Shown piece after piece: positions 26,415-37,032 of a stretch of 64,000 nt of DNA. This DNA comes from Nitrosopumilus sp. Lineage in GTDB: Archaea > Thermoproteota > Nitrososphaeria > Nitrososphaerales > Nitrosopumilaceae. Location of the stretch: the NCBI GenBank assembly GCA_965214775.1, contig OZ243974.1:1856001-1920000 (forward strand), in the 5' to 3' direction. The notes below the pieces were generated by a model that did no database searches, was not told the origin of the DNA, and was given only the letters and a program-made list of their open reading frames with translations. Made by a program: the position numbers and the translations under genes. Each line of letters begins with the position of its first letter. Position 1 is the stretch's first letter.

Positions 26415-29318
26415 TCATTCAATCAAAATTGCGGGCTTGAACGGCCTGGCATGCCTTGCCTTTCCCTTGGGATCATAGATGTCCTTCTCTGATTCCGAAT
26501 AGACCTCCACCTTTGCACCAAACTCTTTTCTGCCAATGCTGATCAGCTCGGATTTGAGAAACTCCTTTTCCTCAAAAGATTCGTCTGCCAGCCTCATTCT
26601 CTTGATGTTCTCTGGCTCTGAATGCAGATCCTTGACTGTCTTTTGAACAAAGTCCGGGTTCTTTTTTGCGTCAGCCGTTTCTGGATCTGCAATGAGTTCC
26701 TTCATCACGGCTCCCATACTGCTGTTTTGTCCCCCTCTTCCTCCGGCAGCCAACACGCCGAGTATCTTGCGGTAAACCTTGGATTTGAATTCGTCAGAAC
26801 TCACATACGCCACAATCCTTTTTGGCGTAATCTTTGTCACCCTGATAATGTTTGCAATGTCCTCTACGGTACTCTTTAGCAATTCCTCGGACTGGATTGA
26901 CGATGCATCAACCTCGCTTGGACTGTGTTTTGGCCAAGCTGATTTGGACACCAAACCCGCATTACCCAGCTTCTCCCACATCTCTTCAGATACGTGTGGC
27001 GCAAACGGGGACAGCACTGCAACCCTGTATGAGTTGACTTTGTGCAGAATTCCTGAGATATCGTCACCTCCCCTGTTCTTTGCAGCGGCCCTCTTTTTGT
27101 ACCAGCTCAGGTCCGCCTCAAACGTAAACAGGATGTCGTGGAGTGCCTCACGCAACCTCATCTTTTCAACGGCCTCGGTAATTTCGGCAATCTTGCCTTG
27201 GGTTTTAGACAGAATCCACCTGTCTTCTGCATGCAGTTTCCCGATCTCGGATTTTTTGAGCCTGGAGCATTCCCCTAACAGCGATTCCAGCTTGCCTTGA
27301 ATGCCTGAGACTGATTCCATGTTGAAATCAGCGTCCTGGAGCAGTTCTGCTGACGATATTATTGCCAGTCTGATTGGATCTGCGCCGTGATCCCTGACTG
27401 CGGCCCGCAGCGGGATGATGTTTCCCATGCTTTTGGACATCTTGGCTCCGCCCATCATCACGCTTCCATTCACGACGATCTCTTGCGGCCACAAACTTTT
27501 CTCAAATATTGCAACGTGATTCAAGACAAAAAATGACAGGTGGTTCTGGACCAAATCACGGCCCGAATGTCTTGAATCAACCGGATAGAAATATGCAAAC
27601 TCCTCTCTCATTGCATTGACTGTATCCTCAGACAATTTTGACGTGGATGCGGCCAGTTCCGCACTTTTCCTGCCTAACAGGACATAGTCAAAGAATTCCC
27701 TTGTAAGGTTTTCTGGCGTTGCAGTTCCGTCATTTACAAACCGCGACAGCGTATAGTATGCCATGTATATTACAGAGTCTGACAGGCTCTCGACTATCCA
27801 GCCGTTGTCCCATGGCAGCCTGGTTCCCAATCCCTGCTGCCTTGCACAAGCCCGCTCATGCAGCCAATCAATCACCTCGATAAACTCCGTCCTGATGTTG
27901 CCAGGCAGTATGTCCATATCATCCAAGCAGTCCCTGGCCAGTCCTTTCCATTCCTCATCACCATAATCCAAAAACCACTGGTCGCTGAGTACCTTGACAA
28001 CACATTCGGCTCCACAGCGACAGCGAACAGGCGCATTCTCCAGTACCGGGAATTTTTCCAAGCTTCCATTCTCTTGCAGCCAATCCCTGATCTTGTCCCG
28101 GCCAAACCGTACCTTCTCCCCGCCAAACTGTCCGCACCTGTCATTGAGTATTCCGCCTGTGAATTCTTTGAGGTAAAGTTCCTTTGTAGCCTCTTCCAGC
28201 CTGTCGTCTGTCTGGTCAGAAATTCCCATTTTCTCTACGATGTCTTTTGCCGGAATCATACCGTATCCGTCAGTTGCAATTATTGAAACCGGCTCTATCT
28301 TTGAGGCCTGTTCGTGGCTTTTGGCCTTCAAATCCATCAATGCCTGGTAGTCTTTTGGGGCGTGTCCTGGTACGGACATTACCAACCCCGTGCCCGTGCC
28401 GGGATCCACAAAGTCAGCAGGCAGGATTGGAATTTCCTGTCTGCCATCATGGCAGGCAACAGCATGTCTTCCAATTATGTCGCTTCCCGGAATCTCCCCG
28501 ATCTCCTTTACCTCTTTTTCAAAAAATGAGATCTTCTTTGCACATTCAGGCGAAACTATCCACGTCTTGCCATCCACTGATACTTTTTTGTAGACGGTGT
28601 TTGGATTGGCCCACAAATTGGTAATGCCAAAGATCGTTTCAGGCCTCAACGTCGTAATTGGAATTACAATCTCCTCCCCTAGACTGAACTTGATCAGGAA
28701 GTTTTTCTCATCAATTTTTGGCTCAACGTCTCCCATTGTATCGTGCTGTGATACCGGGTTTTGATCAACTGGACACCATCCAACGGGATGGCTGCCCTGA
28801 ATGATCCTCCCTCTTTCTTTGAGTGTGCTAATCTGCCATTTGACGAACTTTTGATAGCCCGGATCTATGGTCGTGAACTCCCGCCTCCAGTCAATGGAAT
28901 AGCCCATCTCGATCATTCCTGATTTGATCTCCTCATGAAAATAGTCTGCAATCCTTGCTGGCTCGACAAACGTCTTGATTGCATCCTCTGGTATGTGGTA
29001 AATGTTCCGCAGGCCATCCAGGATCTCTTTTTCTCCGGCCTCTATCCGCTTTGCCATTCCAAGTATCGGGGTTCCAGTATAGTGAAATCCCATTGGGAAA
29101 AGTACGTTGAACCCCTTCATTCTGAAGAATCTTGCGTGAACATCGGCAAGGGTGTATGTCCTTCCATGACCGACGTGCTGGGGGGAATTCGGATACGGAT
29201 AGGCCACCGTGATGAATTTTTTTGGTTTTTCGTCGTCGGGGTTTGCCTCAAAATCCCTGTTTTCCTGCCACTTTGTCCTCCACTTGTTTTCAATTTCAGC
29301 CCAGTTTATTGTCGTCAT
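26415..29318 (-). CDS. leuS: Leucine--tRNA ligase
   Basis: AYPYPNSPQHVGH, TTLRPET, KMSKS. Confidence 0.97.
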   Translation of the reverse strand: MTTINWAEIENKWRTKWQENRDFEANPDDEKPKKFITVAYPYPNSPQHVGHGRTYTLADVHARFFRMKGFNVLFPMGFHYTGTPILGMAKRIEAGEKEILDGLRNIYHIPEDAIKTFVEPARIADYFHEEIKSGMIEMGYSIDWRREFTTIDPGYQKFVKWQISTLKERGRIIQGSHPVGWCPVDQNPVSQHDTMGDVEPKIDEKNFLIKFSLGEEIVIPITTLRPETIFGITNLWANPNTVYKKVSVDGKTWIVSPECAKKISFFEKEVKEIGEIPGSDIIGRHAVACHDGRQEIPILPADFVDPGTGTGLVMSVPGHAPKDYQALMDLKAKSHEQASKIEPVSIIATDGYGMIPAKDIVEKMGISDQTDDRLEEATKELYLKEFTGGILNDRCGQFGGEKVRFGRDKIRDWLQENGSLEKFPVLENAPVRCRCGAECVVKVLSDQWFLDYGDEEWKGLARDCLDDMDILPGNIRTEFIEVIDWLHERACARQQGLGTRLPWDNGWIVESLSDSVIYMAYYTLSRFVNDGTATPENLTREFFDYVLLGRKSAELAASTSKLSEDTVNAMREEFAYFYPVDSRHSGRDLVQNHLSFFVLNHVAIFEKSLWPQEIVVNGSVMMGGAKMSKSMGNIIPLRAAVRDHGADPIRLAIISSAELLQDADFNMESVSGIQGKLESLLGECSRLKKSEIGKLHAEDRWILSKTQGKIAEITEAVEKMRLREALHDILFTFEADLSWYKKRAAAKNRGGDDISGILHKVNSYRVAVLSPFAPHVSEEMWEKLGNAGLVSKSAWPKHSPSEVDASSIQSEELLKSTVEDIANIIRVTKITPKRIVAYVSSDEFKSKVYRKILGVLAAGGRGGQNSSMGAVMKELIADPETADAKKNPDFVQKTVKDLHSEPENIKRMRLADESFEEKEFLKSELISIGRKEFGAKVEVYSESEKDIYDPKGKARHARPFKPAILIE

Positions 29319-29341
29319 TGCATCCTCCTTTCTCTCCCTAC

Positions 29342-32020
29342 CTATCCCAAAATCATTGACTTTGCCTTGGCTACTGCCTGCTCCTTTTTAGACATGTCTT
29401 TTCCACCGCCCTGGGCAAATCTGGCATCTCCGCCACCTGAACCATCTAGAATCAAGGCTACCTCTCTGGCTATCTGTCCGGAGTTGATGCCCGAGTCGGC
29501 CCCTGCATGCACCATTATCCGCACTGTCGGGCCTGCCTCATAAATCCCGCAAAATGCCGAGGAGCTGTCTCTTGCAACCAGTCTCTTTCCAAAATTCTGA
29601 TGAAAGTAACCGTCATAGTTCGGACTTGATGTAAAGCACAATCTTCCTTTTGTAAAAATCCCATCTGGTTTGACTGATTCCCCGTTGAGGACTTTTTCAA
29701 GCAGTATCGGAATCCTCTCTCTTGCCTTTGCCTTGTTCTCGTCTCTATGTCTTACTAGCTGTTCTCTCTGTTCTGCCTCTTTGGTCCTGCGTTTTGACTC
29801 CTGTCCTTGCTGCCTTTCATATTCAAGCGCGCTTGGCCCTGAGACAAACTCCAGGCGGACGACTCCGTCCTGAATTCTCTTGGTCCTGGTAATTCTGATC
29901 AGTCCTATGTCCCCTGTTCTTTTGACATGGGTTCCGCCACACGCCTCAACGTCTTGGTTTTCAATTGATACTATCCTGACGGCCTTTACCGGGACCACCC
30001 CTCCCTGGTAAATTCTGAACCCATAAGTCTGCTCGGCTGCCCCTCTGTCATAATAGCCGATATTCACGCTGAGATTCTGCTTGATCATGCGGTTTGCCTC
30101 ATCCTCGATTTTCTTAACTTCGCTGTCTGAAAGGGACGAATGATGCGTGATGTCAAGCCTTGCGTGGTCGTCTTCCTTGAACGCAGAATGCTGCCAAACC
30201 CATGAGCCCAAAACCTTGCGTGATGACGCGTTTAGAATGTGGGTGCTTGTGTGGTTTTTTGTGATGTTGGACCGCCTTGCCTCGTTGACTCTGCACGAAA
30301 CGGTCTCTCCCTCCACTGGAACTCCGCCCTCTAGCCTGTGAACTATGATGTTTGCGTGCTTTTCAACGTCGACTACATTAAAACCCCCGATGCTCCCGTG
30401 GTCTGGCTCTTGACCGCCTCCCCTTGCATAAAACGACGTTCTGTCGAGAACCACCATGTTCTCAACCACTTTGAGCACCTTGGCTTCAAACTCCATTGGG
30501 TCATCCTGGTAGAACAGCATCTCGGTTTCCTGAATCCCCCCTTCCAATGGCAGCAGCTTTGCAACCGTCTTTTTTTTGTCTGACTGGTGCAAGTCAGACA
30601 GTCTTGAATAGAACGACGAGGGAATCTCCCCAATTGCATTTACTTCCTTGAGATATTCAGGCGTAATTCCCTCTGATTCGTAAAACGTGATCAGCTCGTC
30701 CACTGTCGGCGCCCCTTTTTCCCTGATTTTATCTGCCTTTTTCTTCATGTGTGTCTTTGATTCCTCATATCGGGAAGACTCTAGCCTCAAAATTTCTTTG
30801 ACGTCATCCCCTTTTTCATCAAGTTCCGGGTATGTCCCCTTTAGATAACCGATATGGGCATCAATCAAATCATCAATGTCCAGTCTGAGATTTAGTTTTG
30901 AGATTGTCGCATTTACCCTGCGCAGCATCATTCTGAGGTTGTATCCTCCGCCAACGTTGGATGGCAGTGCCCCGTCAGTAATTGCAAAAATTAGCGTCCT
31001 CAGATGATCTGCAATAAGATATGCTCCCTCCAGTGGCGTGATCATCCTGTCAAGTAGATCATCTGAAATTCCGGCGTTTTTTGTCGCAAGGCGCCTTACC
31101 TGGTTTAGATCATCAAAATGATCAATTGCCCTTGCAATTTCGGTAAAATACTTTCCAAGAACTTTTGAATCCGGATCAATGCCGATCACACTGAATAATT
31201 TTTCGTTTATTGGCCCAAAGCAGCAGTCATACGCAGTTGGAGTCCCCATGGTTATCCAGGCAAATCTTTCCAGGCCTGCACCCATGTCAATTACCCTTTG
31301 ATCTAACGTGGTGTGTCGGCCCAGCTCTCCCTGGAATTCGGTAAAAACGGCATTTCCCAGCTCTAGACCTCGCACAAAATATTCAAGGGATGGCCCAAAC
31401 GAGCCTCCCCCCGCCCAGACATCCTCTACAAAGACGACTTCGTCCCTGTTAATTCCGAACTGCTCGGTAAGCAGCCTGTAGTCCAAGTCAACGCACTCGT
31501 CTTTCCAGTACCCGCCGTTGCCGTCTGGAACGCTGTGCTGGCCAATCATGCAGAAACTTGAAAAGTGCCTTCCGGTAACCCCCACGTTTTCCAAATCCTT
31601 GAACCTCAGACAGGTCTGGGGGACAACAAGGGGATTTGCAGGAAACTCAAAGACAACCTTGGAGCCCATTACCCTTTGAAAGTCTACGATTGAGGCGACT
31701 GTAAAGTACAAGTCGTCACGCCATCTGCATACTACCGGGTACCTGCTTACCGATGTGTGGTTGTTTTTTACAAAAAACTCCTCGACATGCTTCCATGATT
31801 GGACATAATCGAATCTCTTTGATGTCGGCGGCTCCCCGATGAACGAATATGTGTCGAGCCCGTCATCCGGACAAAGGTTTCTATCGGCATTCAGCGTCCA
31901 GAAGAACCGCCCGCACTTTGAGCAGGATTTTCTGACAAACCCCTGTTCCTGGAACAACTTGACGTTATAGTATTTGTCGGGATCTGATGAAAATTCCCTG
32001 AGAATCTCTTTTTTATCCAA
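29342..32020 (-). CDS. alaS: Alanine--tRNA ligase
   Basis: GRHFSSF, GAGLER, ADHLRT, HTSTH/CGGTH editing site, GGGDARFAQGGG. Confidence 0.97.
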   Translation of the reverse strand: MDKKEILREFSSDPDKYYNVKLFQEQGFVRKSCSKCGRFFWTLNADRNLCPDDGLDTYSFIGEPPTSKRFDYVQSWKHVEEFFVKNNHTSVSRYPVVCRWRDDLYFTVASIVDFQRVMGSKVVFEFPANPLVVPQTCLRFKDLENVGVTGRHFSSFCMIGQHSVPDGNGGYWKDECVDLDYRLLTEQFGINRDEVVFVEDVWAGGGSFGPSLEYFVRGLELGNAVFTEFQGELGRHTTLDQRVIDMGAGLERFAWITMGTPTAYDCCFGPINEKLFSVIGIDPDSKVLGKYFTEIARAIDHFDDLNQVRRLATKNAGISDDLLDRMITPLEGAYLIADHLRTLIFAITDGALPSNVGGGYNLRMMLRRVNATISKLNLRLDIDDLIDAHIGYLKGTYPELDEKGDDVKEILRLESSRYEESKTHMKKKADKIREKGAPTVDELITFYESEGITPEYLKEVNAIGEIPSSFYSRLSDLHQSDKKKTVAKLLPLEGGIQETEMLFYQDDPMEFEAKVLKVVENMVVLDRTSFYARGGGQEPDHGSIGGFNVVDVEKHANIIVHRLEGGVPVEGETVSCRVNEARRSNITKNHTSTHILNASSRKVLGSWVWQHSAFKEDDHARLDITHHSSLSDSEVKKIEDEANRMIKQNLSVNIGYYDRGAAEQTYGFRIYQGGVVPVKAVRIVSIENQDVEACGGTHVKRTGDIGLIRITRTKRIQDGVVRLEFVSGPSALEYERQQGQESKRRTKEAEQREQLVRHRDENKAKARERIPILLEKVLNGESVKPDGIFTKGRLCFTSSPNYDGYFHQNFGKRLVARDSSSAFCGIYEAGPTVRIMVHAGADSGINSGQIAREVALILDGSGGGDARFAQGGGKDMSKKEQAVAKAKSMILG

Positions 32021-32098
32021 TGCTCAGGCTGTTCTATTCCGATATTAAGAATTGTCGATTAATAATACATTAAATACGCTATATTCCAAATCCTATCT

Positions 32099-32608
32099 GT
32101 GTTTGGCAGAAAACCTACTCTCAAAGAGGGCATTCATGTTTTTTCTGTAAGGAAAAATGGCGATTTTAACGACTTTGTCTTTGGAATTGTCACCGGCGTG
32201 GAAGGACGAAAAGTGGGCGTTAATGGCGTTGTTGTAAACCCTGTTGGACTGAAAAACAAGATCGAGCAAGGAAAAACGGGCGAACGGTCGCTTGAAATCC
32301 TTCAAAATCCAACCCCGGACAATGTTGTTTTGGCATTGGTTTACCGTGTCGAGCATGAAAATTTCACAAAGGTTCTGGATCTTGACCAAGACAAGTGCGA
32401 CATCCTTCCACCTAAAGTTTACACGATGCTAGACGGATGGGTTCGCGAATCCCTGCCTGAATTTATCAACACCGTACTGTCATTGCCCCCCGGCTCTGAG
32501 AGGGATGAGGCAAAGAGGGTTCTAAAACAAAAGATGGATTCCCTGGTTGACAAGAATCTGAAACGTACGCTTTATTCGGTCTGCAGAAGTCTCAAAATCC
32601 TGAATTAG
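32099..32608 (+). CDS. Hypothetical protein
   Basis: 169-aa ORF with core-like composition, divergent from alaS. Confidence 0.7.
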   Translation: MFGRKPTLKEGIHVFSVRKNGDFNDFVFGIVTGVEGRKVGVNGVVVNPVGLKNKIEQGKTGERSLEILQNPTPDNVVLALVYRVEHENFTKVLDLDQDKCDILPPKVYTMLDGWVRESLPEFINTVLSLPPGSERDEAKRVLKQKMDSLVDKNLKRTLYSVCRSLKILN

Positions 32609-32766
32609 TTCAGGCGCAATTCCGGTACCGTTTTCTTGCGTGTTCTTCTAGGTGCCACTCTTCGGCCACTTCTTGATTTTGTCTTGATCCGTCTTGTTCC
32701 GTCAAAAATCTCTATAAAATCATACAAAGTCCATGATTTCTCTCTTTGTTTGAAACTCTTAACTCA

Positions 32767-33082
32767 TCATTGGTATCGTGAGATAAGCCTGTATTTCATG
32801 CTTCTGACATCGCACCATCTTCTGGCATATTCTGCCTTTCTTTTCGTTTTTGGTAATTCTAGCATGTGGCTGCTCTTCATCTCGACTAGCTCTGTTGTGC
32901 CGTCTATCTTCTCCACCAGGAAATCCGGCTTGTAGTATTTGTATTTCTTGTCTTCATCCTCATAAGGTATTCGAATTCCGTGGTTTTTGGTCCATTTCTT
33001 TACGGTATCGTCTTTCTCCAGCTCCCTCATATAGTCACGTTCCCATGACGAATCGTAATATTCTATAGAGTAGGCACTTTTT
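32767..33082 (-). pseudogene. TnsA N-terminal-like PD-(D/E)xK endonuclease, 5' end removed at the IS66 boundary
   Basis: YDSSWE...IPY...YKPDFLVE...LVEMK; frame stays open up to the IS66 end. Confidence 0.7.
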
Positions 33083-34718
33083 GTATGAGGTCACCTATTC
33101 CCCCACATTAGGTCAAATATTGATGACGATGCCGATCCTTATACCATGATCGCGTATACTAGACATTATGAAAGGTCAACCCTCCACATACTGTGAGATC
33201 GAGGCATCTATAGCATCGTCGACGGAGAGGATACAGAGTCTGGAAAAGGGCATCAAGGAACGTGACAACATCATCAAGGAACGTGACAACATCATCAAGG
33301 AACAGGGCACGACCATTGAGAAACTAAACAACATAATCAAGGATCAGGGCAGCAGGCTCCGATACTATGAGAACGAGAACTCGCCCCCGTCGGCAGACTC
33401 GCTTGCGTGGAAGGAGCAAAAGGCACAGAGGAAAAAGGAGAGGGCCCGATCCGATGCTGCAGCCGGGAATAACGGCACCAGGAATAACAGGAAAAAGCCC
33501 GGCGGCCAAAAGGGCCACAAGGGCGTATCACACATCCACCGGCCCACCCGGGTACAAAGGCACTACTTTCCGGGCGGACAGGCGCCAGAGTGCTGGTGCG
33601 GCACCACCACGAAGATCATGAACAGGCCGCAGACACGCGACATGATTGGATTTGAGATCAAGGCGATTGAGACTCGCCACGAGTCGCAGAGGGCAGTATG
33701 CCCAAAGTGCGGCACGTATCATATTGCCCCCAACGGCCTGCCCCGATGCGGCAACTACGACACGAGCGTGGTCACAGCCGTCACCAAGCTGCGCAGCGAG
33801 GGCGTTCCATACAGCAGGATCCCAGGCATCCTGTCAGATATCACGGGCGTGGACATGTCAAAGTCAACTGCAATCAACAACGTGGGGCGCGTCTGCGAGG
33901 CCGCAAAGGCGCCTGCCGAGGCCATCGCAAAGGAGGTAAAGAGCTCAAAGACCGTCTGCATAGACGAGACGGGGATCAACCTGGCAGGCAAGACGGGGTG
34001 GGTGTGGACCATACTGTCAGCAGCAGGCATACTCATGATATACAACAATACAAGGAAGGCCCTGGTTCTGGACCAGTACATGAGCGGGTACAAGGGCGTC
34101 GTCACATCAGACGGATATCCCGCATACAAGAGGTTCGATCCGGGAGGAAGGCACCAGCGGTGCTGGGCGCACGAGCTGCGATCCCTCCTGTATGGTTCGC
34201 AGAAAAAGGACGCCCCGCTGTTTGCAGGGATCCTGTACCGGCAGGGGCAGCAGCTGTTCGGAGACGCCAAGACGTGTCTAGAAGGGTGGGACAAGCTGTC
34301 CCCCGAGGATCTCCTAGATCTTGAAGAGAGGACGGGAATAAGGGCCGCCGACGGGCTGATGGGCCGGCACTCGCCGGAGCTGCGCCGGCGGTTTGAGACC
34401 AACATGCGCAACGTCCTGTTCGGATACAGGGATACGCAGGACGAATCGTTGAAAGCTCTTGTCAGGCGGATGTACAATGCCCTGCCTGGCCTGTTTGCAT
34501 TCCTGGAATACGAGGACGTCGAGCCCACCAACAATTCTGCAGAGCGGGCACTGCGCCCCGTCGTATTGCAGGACAAGATAAGCGGCCAGATCAAGGGCGG
34601 CCTAGTCTGGATGGACAGGTACGGATGGCTCAATACATGCACCTCGACGTGGAAACTGCAGGGCAAGTCCATCATGGTTGAGGTAGCCAAAATAATTCAG
34701 GGGTAGGTGACCTCATAC
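33083..34718 (+). mobile_element. IS66-family element (single ORF, ISBst12-like)
   Basis: TIR GTATGAGGTCACCTA at both ends; no TSD. Confidence 0.9.
33168..34706 (+). CDS. IS66 transposase
   Basis: NSPPS, PGGQKGHKG, IDETG, SDGYPAY, QRCWAH, PTNNSAERALR. Confidence 0.93.
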   Translation: MKGQPSTYCEIEASIASSTERIQSLEKGIKERDNIIKERDNIIKEQGTTIEKLNNIIKDQGSRLRYYENENSPPSADSLAWKEQKAQRKKERARSDAAAGNNGTRNNRKKPGGQKGHKGVSHIHRPTRVQRHYFPGGQAPECWCGTTTKIMNRPQTRDMIGFEIKAIETRHESQRAVCPKCGTYHIAPNGLPRCGNYDTSVVTAVTKLRSEGVPYSRIPGILSDITGVDMSKSTAINNVGRVCEAAKAPAEAIAKEVKSSKTVCIDETGINLAGKTGWVWTILSAAGILMIYNNTRKALVLDQYMSGYKGVVTSDGYPAYKRFDPGGRHQRCWAHELRSLLYGSQKKDAPLFAGILYRQGQQLFGDAKTCLEGWDKLSPEDLLDLEERTGIRAADGLMGRHSPELRRRFETNMRNVLFGYRDTQDESLKALVRRMYNALPGLFAFLEYEDVEPTNNSAERALRPVVLQDKISGQIKGGLVWMDRYGWLNTCTSTWKLQGKSIMVEVAKIIQG

Positions 34719-35181
34719 ATAAATAGTGATCATGACAAATGTGTATGTGGCAGATGACAGTGGCCTGGTGTCGCAGAGATGGGATGCCCAGTATTCTGAC
34801 GGGAGGTATTCTGACATGCCAAACGTGGCCTTCGCCGACCAGATAATACGTGTGCTTGACGGCGAGGCCGACGTTGCCGGCGGGGACGGACTGTATGTCG
34901 GATGCGGCAACGGGAGGAATTTTGTCCCTCTTGCCGACGCCGGACTGGGAATTCGCGGCATCGATGTCTCGCCTGTGGCAATAAGACAGCTGTCCGAGCG
35001 GAGACCGGATCTGGCAGGCAGGGTGTCCTGCGCGGACTTTGCACGATATCCGGAGAGACCGCTGGACTACATAGTCTCGATACAGGCGTTCCAGCACGGG
35101 ACCGGGGCGCAGATCCGGGAATACTTTGAAAAGGTCTCAAGAATGCTGAGGCGCGGCGGCCTGTTCTTTCTGCGCGTAAAC

Positions 35182-37032
35182 GTAACAGGTCGGGCTCTGG
35201 AAGCTCAGGCGTGAATCTTGCAATCCCGGAGGTCACTAGGGCAGCACCTCCAACCAGCAGGCTGATTTGGAAGAATCACAACACATAAAGATCGTTGGAT
35301 CTGCCTTTCCGGTATTGATCGGGGATCCTAGCATTACGGACGTGGATTGGAACAATCCCGATGTGATCCGCCTGTTTGAACACATGAAGTCCAGGATGGA
35401 GGCAGTTGAAAGAGAAAACCTGCACATGAAGTCCAGGATGGAGGCAGTTGAAAGAGAAAACGAACAGCTAAAGGCACTGCTCGGCCAGCAACAGCAGCAG
35501 ACGGCTACCGGATCCGGATCAGCTGCCAGTCCGGCTCCAAAGGAGGCCCGCAAAAATCCGAACTCGCGCGGCTATAACGTGCGCAAGTTCCATGACTTTC
35601 CGCATCCTGAAAAGCCGGCCCCAAAAAGGAAGTTAAAGACCAAACATGCGGCCACCTGCACGGCCACAGCAGACGCCAAGTTCTGCCCCGGCTGCGGTGA
35701 CAAACTCTCTGACTGGTCTGAAGCATATCCAAAGGAATCCGAGGATCTGATAGACGGCAGGTGGACCAAGACAGACTGGAACGTCATCAGGCGCTACTGC
35801 AAGTCGTGCAAGAAAAGGCAGACTGCCCCCGTGCCCGGCGTGCTGCCCCGCGAGCATTATGGCACGCGCATCATCGGAATAATCGCGTTTCTCCGCTGCA
35901 TGTGTATATCCTTTGAAAGGATCCAGATCATTCTGCATACGCTTCACGGCGCATACATACCAACGTCCACCATCATCCGCCTGTGCGACGTCTCGGCAAC
36001 CAGGATGAAGCCCGTATATGACGGCATCCTGGAGGAGATACGGCACTCAGAATCAGTCGCAGGCGACGAGACAGGCTGGTTTCTCAACGGGACGGGCCAC
36101 TGGGTATGGGTGCTTGTGACTAAATTTTCGGCATTCTACCACATAGCGCCGTCCCGCTCAGGCGACGTCATCGATTCCCTGATGGCAGCCTTTGACGGCA
36201 TCGTATCCTCTGACTCGTATTCTGCGTGGAACCGCATCGGCGGCAAGCACCAAAAGTGCCTCCTGCACTACTTTCGGGACATGTACCTGACACTGGAGAA
36301 GAACCCCGGCGCCGAGTACGGCACGCTGTTTTGCAGGCTCCGCGACATCCTAAAGGATGCAATAGAGATGGGCAGGGCCACGCCCGAGGAGGTGGAGTGC
36401 CTCAAGCACCGCATACACAGGCTTGCGTCTGCCGCGTACACGGACAGGGACTGCATCCGGTATACAAAGCGCCTCAAGAGGGAGATCAACGACCTGTTTA
36501 CGTTCCTGGAGCACGACGGCGTGAAATACCACAACAACGACAGCGAGAGGGCACTGCGCATGATTGCAGTGATACGGAAGATCCTGTTCGGGAATAGGTC
36601 CGAGAAGGGGATGAGGATGACTGAGACCCTGTGCACCGTGTATGCCACGTGCGAGCTGCGTGGCGTCAACTTTTGCACGTTCGTAACGGACTATCTTGAC
36701 GGCAGGGTCACGGAGATCCCGATGCCGGCAGAACAGTGCGTCGGTGCGATAGCAGCAGCAACATAACCGGCAAAAGCATGGCAGGCACTCCTGCAGGCGC
36801 ACCGTGAAATCAATTCAGATACGCAGGACTGCTGCTACCATGGAGGTGACATGATGATGATGGTGATGGCAGCAAGCGGTGTGCGATACGAGGATTCGTT
36901 CCGATCCGGCGCGCAGATGCAGTCCTGACTCCCAAAAGACATGGCAGATTGTGCCAAAATCCAGCTTCCAGAGCCCGATCAGACAGATTCGTGCCTGGAA
37001 TCAGGAACAGCTTCCAGAGCCCGACCTGTTAC
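35182..37032 (+). mobile_element. IS66-family element
   Basis: Perfect 24-bp TIR GTAACAGGTCGGGCTCTGGAAGCT; 8-bp TSD GCGTAAAC. Confidence 0.95.
35267..36766 (+). CDS. IS66 transposase
   Basis: CPGCG zinc finger, GDETGW, SDSYSAW, QKCLLH, HNNDSERALR. Confidence 0.92.
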   Translation: MEESQHIKIVGSAFPVLIGDPSITDVDWNNPDVIRLFEHMKSRMEAVERENLHMKSRMEAVERENEQLKALLGQQQQQTATGSGSAASPAPKEARKNPNSRGYNVRKFHDFPHPEKPAPKRKLKTKHAATCTATADAKFCPGCGDKLSDWSEAYPKESEDLIDGRWTKTDWNVIRRYCKSCKKRQTAPVPGVLPREHYGTRIIGIIAFLRCMCISFERIQIILHTLHGAYIPTSTIIRLCDVSATRMKPVYDGILEEIRHSESVAGDETGWFLNGTGHWVWVLVTKFSAFYHIAPSRSGDVIDSLMAAFDGIVSSDSYSAWNRIGGKHQKCLLHYFRDMYLTLEKNPGAEYGTLFCRLRDILKDAIEMGRATPEEVECLKHRIHRLASAAYTDRDCIRYTKRLKREINDLFTFLEHDGVKYHNNDSERALRMIAVIRKILFGNRSEKGMRMTETLCTVYATCELRGVNFCTFVTDYLDGRVTEIPMPAEQCVGAIAAAT

